Both the position numbers and the translations under genes were made by a program. Below, piece by piece: positions 55,313 through 64,000 of a stretch of 64,000 nt of DNA (position 1 is its first letter; each line of letters starts with the position of its first letter). The DNA comes from Vicugna vicugna (lineage: Eukaryota): the NCBI GenBank assembly GCA_013265495.1, contig MU058000.1, positions 1-64,000 of the forward strand, read 5' to 3'. The notes under the pieces are model-generated. The model was not told the DNA's origin. It searched no databases and was given only the letters and a program-made list of their open reading frames with translations.

Positions 55313-55889
55313 AAGCAACTCTTAAACCTTAAATAATAACTATATTCACTTAGCTATGTTTCACCATTATAGCTTCTAAAAAATTAACCTGCATTTTGGA
55401 CTTTATTTTTCAGAATAATATCTTTTTTCACCCAAAAACACAATAAATTAATATGCAAAAAAGGTGATATATTGGCATTATATCCTGGCTAATTTTCTTG
55501 GCACAATGGTATCTAGTCAAGGAATATCATATGGAAAAAAATATAAATTGTGTGCCTATATGGATGAACCCAAGATGTTTTGCTTGCATACATATGCAGA
55601 CATACAGATGTTTTGCTTTTACACATGTGCACAATAAGAGGAATGAAAAGGCAACATCTTCTACTACACTTTCGTGTTTGGGTACTTTTTTTTTTTTTGT
55701 GGTGTGGGCTGTCTTTCTTTTTATTTAATAAGAGGGACATTGGGTACTTTGTATTTTTTCTCCAGAGTGGGCACCAGCAGCAAAGAAAGAAAGAAAGCCA
55801 GTGTCATGCAATCAGATGTGTTCTGGTGACTTTTCTCCTTTCCTGAAGGAGGAATCCTCAAGATCCTTTTCCAAAAGGTATAATTGGGA

Positions 55890-56625
55890 ATAAAATTGAA
55901 TTCATAACTAATGATGCTGCAGATATTTCAAAGATGTTAAACGACTATCACAATTAACTTTTGGCAACAGATTTGGAAACATTCTAGGAAAATCTAACAG
56001 TAAAATTGACTAATGAAAGAACAGAAAATTAATAGACCTATAACTGTTTCAAAAATTGAGTCAGTGGTTTAAAATCTTCCTACAAAGCAAACTCATACTT
56101 AATGATGAAGCACCGAAATCATTTCCTTCAAGATTAGAAATAAAGGTAAGAACAAATAATCTATTACCATTTATATTCATGACTGTATTGGAGAACCTAG
56201 CCAAAGCAGTAAAGCAAGAGAAAGAAATAAAAGTTTTAATAATCAAAGGAAGTATAAATGATTCTTAATATTTGCAGATTGCATCGCTGATTCTTTTAGA
56301 TTATTTATGTATAACATAAACATAAAATCTAAAAGAATTAATAAAAGGTACCTGGATTAAAAATCAGTATTTAAAAATCAACTGCATTCTTACAAACTTT
56401 CAATAGAAATATTTTTGAAACAGTATCATTTCAATAGTAATAAAACTATAAACACTTGTAAATATACAAAACCTATATAAAGAAAGTTATACAACTCTTA
56501 AAAAACATTAAAGACCTAAATAAATGGAGATATAATGTATTCGTGGTTCATAACACTCAAAATCATAAAAATGTCTTTATTCTAAAATTTAATGTACAGT
56601 TTCAGAGCAGTTCATCAAAATCTTG
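55890..56625 (+). mobile_element. Old L1 ORF2 fragment
   Basis: FPSRLE...VLENLAKAVKQEKEIK resembles ORF2 RT region; degenerate. Confidence 0.75.
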
Positions 56626-56629
56626 ATGG

Positions 56630-56630
<1 letters not shown>

Positions 56631-56669
<39 letters not shown>

Positions 56670-56672
56670 CGC
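56631..56672. repeat. (GT)n(GA)n compound microsatellite
   Basis: Directly visible. Confidence 0.9.
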
Positions 56673-56769
56673 GAGCAAGTTGGCCTGTTATCAGGAGAGA
56701 AAACACACATAGCAAAACTTCTAACAGACACATCATTTACTCTAGTACAGTCATGCAACAAGCATTTAC

Positions 56770-57135
56770 TTGAGTATTTTCTATATACTTGGCATTGTTA
56801 CCAGTTTTACATGTACTGTCAAATTTACTCCTTAAATCCCAATGAGATTGATGCTATTATTTATTTTATACAGAGGAAACTGAGGCATGGAAGACAGTAA
56901 GTTCACAGAGGAAATGGCAAAATACAGCAGAGCACAGAATCTACAGACAGATGCACCCTGGTGTGATTTCCAGCCCTGACACTTTAGCAGTGCCCAGTTT
57001 CCTTACTGGTTAAATAAACTTCTGTAAAATAAATACCATAAAATAATAGTACCGGCTCACAAGGTTGTTGTGTGACTTAAATGATACTGTGTTTGCAAAA
57101 GGCTTAGCCGGGTGCCTGGCATCAAGTAAGAAATA
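56770..57135. mobile_element. Two MIR fragments in opposite orientation
   Basis: ttttatacagaggaaactgaggc (-) then cagtttcctt...gcttagccgggtgcctggca (+). Confidence 0.65.
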
Positions 57136-58299
57136 AAGGGTAACTATAATAATTATTTTTATTGTCTTTATTGTTACCATGGTCAACCAGTAATACTTTC
57201 AACCATTATTACCTTGAGTCAATTATTTGAAAGTAAAATGTTTCCAAACCTCCTAATCAAAATTGAAATTGTGTCACTTAGAAATATTGGACATTCAAGA
57301 AGCATGAGAGATTAATATTAATTAAAATGCACTGATTTTCCATTGAAAAGTGTTGATTTATACCCTGTCACTAATGATGATTCCTTACAACATTTTCTCA
57401 CAACTAATTTTTTTAAAAACACACACACAGAGAAACACACCCAATATTTTAATCCTATGACAAATGTGTTTGCCACACAGGTATTATCTAAGAGTTAGCA
57501 ATTTGACTCCTCGATCAACAAGCCCTGTCTTACTTTGTTCATTTCAGCCAACTCCCATTTATTTTACTTTTCTCAGCACATAATGTGATAAATATTTCCG
57601 CTGCAACGTGATTCACAGGGTGAGTGTAGGTTGCCAAGGCACAGACGCAAAAAGTCTCACCAGGAGGAGATGAGGAGGATAATATACCAAGGCTGCCACG
57701 ACATTCTGGAATTCTTTATGTCTAGGGAAAGCTTGAAGGCTTGCTCTTGAATACAGTTAACCTCCTGGTAATTTTTTGCATGTTTCCTTCCGCACACATC
57801 ACATCACAACCAGGGATTATGGGCTTTTAGCTCAGATAAGGTGGAGACCACCAGGTTGCCACATGCTCTTGCATGCCACAGGACAAAATTAGCCTTGCCA
57901 ATTGCATCTCTCTCTACTCCATTCCAGCTCAGGATTAGTACAATGACCTTTCCTAATTGGATGACACAAATTCTTGTCTGGAGTCTTACTCTGAATTATA
58001 GTTACCAGTCATACGACTGTAATAAAATACTCCAAGCTGTTAGCACCAGGCAGCTGGAGGAGGAAACCAAGGTAGGAATCCTTGTTCCACAAAGCTGGTC
58101 TTGGCTCTTTCTTTATAACAGAACAGAACTGGAAACACTGTCTAGTCTTGTGGGAAAATAGAGACAAGCATTTGGCTATTGTCACTCATAATCATCAAGT
58201 TCTCTAATTTTAGCCTCTTCTTGGAAACAAGAAAGAGCTGGAAGGGACCTTAGTCTAAACCCACCACCTTTCCACTTTAGGTTTATTGCCCCAGTCATC

Positions 58300-59740
58300 T
58301 ACATTCAAGTTCCATCACAGCATATGTCTGCCTGTCCCTCACTAATAGCCCCTCCTGCACACACAAGCACTGAGTCCTCAGTACCATCCAGCAATAAATA
58401 CTGTGATGTCTCTTTTGTGACTCACTCTTCCATTCATCATTAGTATGCCCAGCTCTCAACCTCCTTAAATATCCAGCCTCCCCCACTTACTCATTCCCCT
58501 TCAGTGACCTCATTCTCCTGCTTCACAGAGAAAAATCAAAGCCTTCACAAACAGCAAACCAAAATGGTATGTGCACCAACATCTCGTATCCTTCCACCAT
58601 GAGGGATGGGTGAACTCTTTACTTAAGAGGATAATTCCTCTACAGTATACCATAGATCCTCTAATCGTCTAAAGAACCTAATCCTATGGATTGCCCCACC
58701 TCATTAATTCATCTTCATCCTTCTCTCTGTGACTTCTTTTTTTTCAGTTGTAACAATATATTTTATTGACAAATATATCTAAAATATTGTTTCAACAGAT
58801 AATCAATACAACAAAAGAGTAATGTTATATTTTACTTGTCTTTTATCCCAAGTCTTTGAAACCTATATGCATTTTTACCATCTCAGTTATTCTTTCATTT
58901 TCTATTTATAAATTTTTTACTGAGGTGTAATTGATTTACTCTCTGTGGCCTCTTTGCCATCAACATTTAAATGTTCTCAAGTTTCTCTTTTCTTAAAAAG
59001 AAAAAAAAACCTTCTTAAACTGTATTTCCCCTATCAGCTGGCTCTCTCTTTTTATTTACAGTCACTACATCTGTGTTAGTCTCTTTCTTTGTTACATTAG
59101 CTCCTCAGACTCTTGTCCTCCATCCTATCACAAATCCTCTGAAACAGTTCCTGCCAAGGTCACCAAAGACCTTGATGTCATCAGATTTAATTAGTCTAAC
59201 TCTGTATACCTTATTTTTCCATGGTATTTGACACACTTCTTCCTGCTTGAAACATTCTTTTTTCTTGATTTCAGGACAATACAATCTCCTGTTTCCTCCT
59301 ATCACTGATAACTCTTTTTCTCCCCTTAGCCAACTCATCCTACTCAATCTCTCTGGTAAAGGATGGTATTTCCCAAAACTTAGTTCGAGGCTCTCTTCTC
59401 ATGTAAAACTATAAATTCTGCCTAGATGATTCCAACTGTTTGGCACATTTTCATTTACCCTTAATATGCAAATTAACCCAAATTAACTTTGTTATTAGTC
59501 TTCTTTGAGCCCCTTATGTACATTTAACTATATAGTCACCCTATTCACACATTTCAAAGGCCACTTAAAGGGAACTTGTCCAAAACCAATCTTAACATAT
59601 TTTCTCAAAGGTGGTTCTTCTGAGTCTTCCCCCGTCTGCTAGTACTACCATGTATTCAATTGCTCACACAAGAAACTGGGGAATTACTTTTGAGACTTTC
59701 TTCTCCTTCACATCCAGTCAATCATCAAGTTCTCCCCAAC
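58300..59740 (+). mobile_element. L2 (interrupted at 58723-58955)
   Basis: tgcttcacagagaaaaa, gccaaggtcaccaaagacct, cttgaaacattcttt. Confidence 0.7.
58737..58939 (-). mobile_element. Short L1 terminus plus transduced MER33 fragment and poly(A)
   Basis: 17-bp flanking duplication, AATAAA 17 nt before poly(A); see findings. Confidence 0.7.
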
Positions 59741-59979
59741 AGAGAGAATATCTATTTCATCCCAGTCATGTTGCCTAAAAGGATCTTTTTGGTCCTTAGA
59801 AAACATTTTACTGAAATAACACTTCCAGTTCTCTTATCATCCCTCTGCTTTCCACATCCCTCTTTAATCCTCCTCAGAGAAGAAATGAATTGCCTTACTG
59901 GTAAGTTTAGGAGAAGGAGCCAGGCCATTCTGTATTTCTCTCTTTCAGCCTTTCGTGCTGCATCAGTGGGTGCACTTTA

Positions 59980-60590
59980 AAGCACATAGAAATAAACTTA
60001 ACCAAACAAGTGCAAGACTTGCATATTGTAAACTACAAAACATTTTTGAAAGAAATTAAATAAGGTGTAAATAAACAGAAAGACATCCCATGCTCATGGA
60101 TCAGATGATTTAATATTATTAAGATTTGCCCCAAAATGATCTACAAGTTCCCTGCAAATTCTATCAATATTCTGGCTGGCTTCTTTGCAAAAATTGACAA
60201 GCTGAACCTAAAATTCATATGAAAATTCAGAAAGAGAAGATTGGAGGACTTTTTAAAATACAGGATTAAGACCCTAGGTAATGAAGCTGTAGAGATATCT
60301 GCAGAAGGATTAAATTTTAAGAAATTTGAATAAGACTGCTCAGGGCTATTGTGGATGTAGCTTGTACAAACTTTTGAAAGTGAGCTGGCAACAATGTAAT
60401 AAAAATCTTAAAATATTTACACCTTCCAACTTGCATAATAATCCAAAATAAAAGTCATGAACAAATTTGTCATCAATAATATAGTCATCAATATTAATGA
60501 CTAAAACTTAGAAAAGTCCTAAAAATCCAAAAATAAAGAAAACCTACATACTCTATACAGTCACATGATAGAATATTATAGAAATACTAA
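59980..60590 (+). mobile_element. Old L1 ORF2/3' fragments
   Basis: gaaagacatcccatgctcatggatc...aaattgacaagctgaacctaaaattcatatg. Confidence 0.8.
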
Positions 60591-60654
60591 AATGTTCATA
60601 GAGTCTTTAGTTAGATTATACCACAGACTTTTTGTTATTTATTATGTTCTATGC

Positions 60655-60986
60655 CAGGGGTCAGCAATCAGTGATAGCCCATGAACCAAACATAATCTGG
60701 CACCTGTCTTTGTATGGCCCATGAGCTAAGAAATAATTTTTACCAATTGAAAAAAATTAAAGAAAAATATTTTGTGATATGGGGAAAATACATGATATTC
60801 AAATTTCAGGGCTCATAATTAAAGTTTTATTGGAACACAGTCAATCTCATATGGTTATGTATTGTTCATGGTTCACCTGACACAGCTAGAGCTGGAGAGA
60901 TGTGAGAAAAATTTTGTGGTTCACAGAACCTAGAACATTTATAATATGGCCTTTCACAGTAAAATTTTTGCCAAGCCGTGCTCTAG
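60655..60986 (+). mobile_element. MER58B-like (hAT-Charlie)
   Basis: caggggtcagcaa...tggcccatgagctaagaa...aaagttttattggaacacag...tttgccaagcc. Confidence 0.8.
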
Positions 60987-61514
60987 GAAACAGTGCTATT
61001 TCAGGTTGGTCTGAGTCCATAGCTCCTCCCTCCATGCCATGCTGCCCCACCACGTGCATACAGCTAGAGGCAACAATCAATATGTGGAAATGGTGGAAAA
61101 TTATCTCTGAGAGCAGCATCTGGCCCATGGTAGACACTCCATATTTTTGAATGAATGAATGTGTATGTGAATACTAATGGATACAGAAGGGTTCACATGG
61201 AGCAAGTGTTCTTGAAAAGTCCTATGTCAGTCTGACTCTTGTCATCATCTATGGAAAAGTAGCCACTCAGTCAAGGAGCCAATAATTACTGGAAGGGGAC
61301 TTTGAGTTCCTCCCTGTGAAAGGACACCCTGGGTTAAGAACTCCTAGAGTCATGGAACACCGAGGAGGGAATCTCCTCCCACTGAAGTCTGGTTTCTGAG
61401 AGGGCTCTGCTGACCCTACCAAGTTCGACAAGCCAGCATGGCCATTGGAGTTAGTCATGCTTAGGCCAGAGGTGATGAAGTAGGAGCTTCTGGTATATCA
61501 ACTTGTCTCCAGAT

Positions 61515-61712
61515 CTGTCCCATTAGCAAAATGTGGCCAATTTAAATTTACATACAAATTAACTAAAATTAAGTAAGATTAATATATTAGTTCCTCTGTC
61601 ATACTAGCCATATTTCAAGGGCTCATTCACCGCTAGTGGCTTTTGTTTTGGATGGCTCAGAATAGAACATTCGCATCATCATAGAAAGTTCTACCGAACG
61701 GCGCCACTCTAG
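61515..61712 (-). mobile_element. MER3 (hAT-Charlie)
   Basis: agttcctctgtcatactagccatatttcaag...tagaacattcgcatcatcatagaaagttcta. Confidence 0.8.
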
Positions 61713-61985
61713 CCAACAGAACAACTCTTTCATGCAATTGATAGAGTTGTGTGGGGTTGAGCATTTTTGCCCTAAGTCATCTGTGTGATTTGTTAAGCTA
61801 AGGTTCTGGTCCCAGTATTTTCCATGATGACACATCTCTTAATTTAGAAATCATCGGGAGAGAAGATTTACCTTTCAAAATTCGGTTTTCCAAATTTCAA
61901 GAATCTGTGAGTATTTCTCTTGCATTGCGCCTGAAATCCAAAGAGCAGATGTGGCTGTCCATCTCACATTAGAAAGACAAAGGCT

Positions 61986-62452
61986 ATGGAATACTACACA
62001 GCCATAAAAACTGACAACATAACATTATTTGCAGCAACATGGATGCTCCTGGAGAATGTCATTCTAAGTAAAGTAAGCCAGAAAGAGAAAGAAAAATACC
62101 ATGAGATCGCTCATATGTGGAATCTAAGAAACAAAAACAAAAACAAAAACACAAAGCATAAATACAAAACAGAAACAGACTCATAGACATAGAATACAAA
62201 CTTGTGGTTGCCAACAGGGCAGAGGGTGGGAAGGGATAGATGGGATTTCAAAATTGTACAATAGATAAACAAGATTATACTGTATAGCACAGGGAAATAT
62301 ACACAAGATCTTATGGTAGCTCACAGAGAAAAAAATGTGACAATGAATATATATATGTTCATGTATGACTGAAAAATTGTGCTCTACACTGGAATTTGAC
62401 ACAACATTGTAAAATGATTATAAATCAATAAAAAATGTTAAAAAAAAAAGAA
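61986..62452 (+). mobile_element. Young 5'-truncated L1 with poly(A) and 15-bp TSD
   Basis: MEYYTAIK ORF2 end; TSD agaaagacaaaggct (61971-61985) / agaaagagaaaggct (62453-62467). Confidence 0.93.
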
Positions 62453-63174
62453 AGAAAGAGAAAGGCTGATTTTTCACAGAGTGTAATTCTTCTTATGCAA
62501 TTATGATATGCCAAAGTCTGTGATTACATTGGTAATCATCCCTTTCCTTTTTGTACTTCTTCATGAGGTGTTTAAATCCTTGTGGACTATAAATCAAGTA
62601 ATTGTTGAATGTGTACTGGCTTGCAACATGACTTAACACTTTTTTTCTACTCCCAAGGCCTTTCATCCAAACCTCAGAGAGTACTTTACATTTCTGTACT
62701 CACTAGAATATCTCATTCTCCTGGGTGGGTAACAGGGATTCAAATCTGCTCAGAGATGGAGAGGCCAAGGGAAAGAAGACTACAAGGTCACTGTGTGACA
62801 CTGACCATTCTAAAAACTGAATCCCCTAAACCAACAGTAACTGATATCTGACTTCTAAAGAACATTCCTCATCCAAAACTTTACAGGCATTTTTAATTTC
62901 TGGAATGATTTTCCACACCTGTGGAAAAGGGCAATTCTTTTTTTTTTCTCCTTCTTTTCAGTAATCATGAAAGTAATGAATATTATTTTTTTTTAATTTA
63001 GCAAGTATAAAGTATAAAGGAGAAAAAAATACAAAAATAAATTGCTAATTAATTCATTTTCATTAAAAAATACTCATATAAATCTTAGGACATGCCACAC
63101 ACCTTTTTACTTAGAGACAACTTTCCACTTTGCCTCTTGGTACTCACTTTTTCCCCTTTATATAAATCTGGGAG

Positions 63175-63350
63175 ATAGCATGGTATAGTGGGAAGAGAAG
63201 ATCTTTAGCATCAGACCAACGTGTGTCTAAATCCTGGCTCTGACACTTACTGTGTGAAGCTGACTTAAGTCATTTAAACATTCTGAGCTCCATTTCCTTA
63301 TACATAAAAACAGTGTATTAATCGAGCAATGCAGGCTTTCTAAGGATTTG
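63175..63350 (+). mobile_element. MIR SINE
   Basis: agcatggtatagtgggaaga...aatcctggctctgacacttac...ttctgagctccatttcc. Confidence 0.75.
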
Positions 63351-64000
63351 AGTAATTTCTGCTCTGTTGGGCAAAATCTAGGCTGTTTGGGACACCAGCC
63401 CATTAGCCCCTCCCAGATCTTTGTTCTTCACCAACCTAGAGGGACACAATTAAGGAGGATTTTTTTTTCCAAAAATCATAAAAAGATGACTAGAGTAGGG
63501 AATATGGGGATATGGGCCACTGGGAGAGTGGCCAAGACTTCCCCAAGATTCAGAGAGTGAAGACAGATTCTTTTCCCTGGGCCAAGCTTGCAAATTCCCA
63601 AGTGCATTACCAACTACAAAGCACTCCATGTTAACACACCATTCAGCGCAACGATTGTTAGGTTCTCAAGCAAAGTTGTACACTCAACACAGAAGAGGAT
63701 GTATGCAGGGCAAGTAGGGCTGTGTAATCTTAAATTATAGTGAGTTAAATGGGAGCCTTTGAGAAATGATTAGGTTTATCCATAGTATTTGCGGGCCTCT
63801 CCTGCCAGCTCACATACCGCGGCCACAATGGGAGTGAAGGAATCATGGGACCTTCCATACAGCCTTGCCAATTCTCTTTTCTAGTAGGAAGCTGATTATT
63901 CAGTTTGGAAATTAACCCAGATTCCTTGTTTCTCTTTCTGCCTACTTTCCTCCACTGTTTTCTGATCAGTTCACTTATTAGAAGCTCTGCCAGAGGGTAG

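Overview
AT-rich, CpG-depleted mammalian genomic DNA with no CpG island and no protein-coding gene I can recognise. It is most likely from a camelid (camel/alpaca/llama), based on a Vic-1-like tRNA-derived SINE at 44545-44634 and young L1 3' ends, with no Alu, Bov-tA or PRE1 seen. Much of the window is interspersed repeat: old L1M/L2/MIR, MaLR (MLT1) solo LTRs, hAT/Tigger MERs and several young truncated L1s with target-site duplications. All ORFs in the track are short (135 aa or less) and are explained by repeats or chance. The most notable structures are: (1) a ~310-bp-armed inverted repeat (21770-22080 / 23060-23375) that matches no repeat family I recognise and brackets an older L2; (2) a well-formed L1 3'-transduction that moved a MER33 fragment (58723-58955); (3) a tail-to-tail L1 pair with a second short transduction (25113-25768); (4) a strong CTCF motif at ~16645; (5) a speculative chain of minus-strand exon-like segments. 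Repeat family names come from recall of consensus sequences and boundaries are approximate. I found no convincing evidence for a novel biological system.
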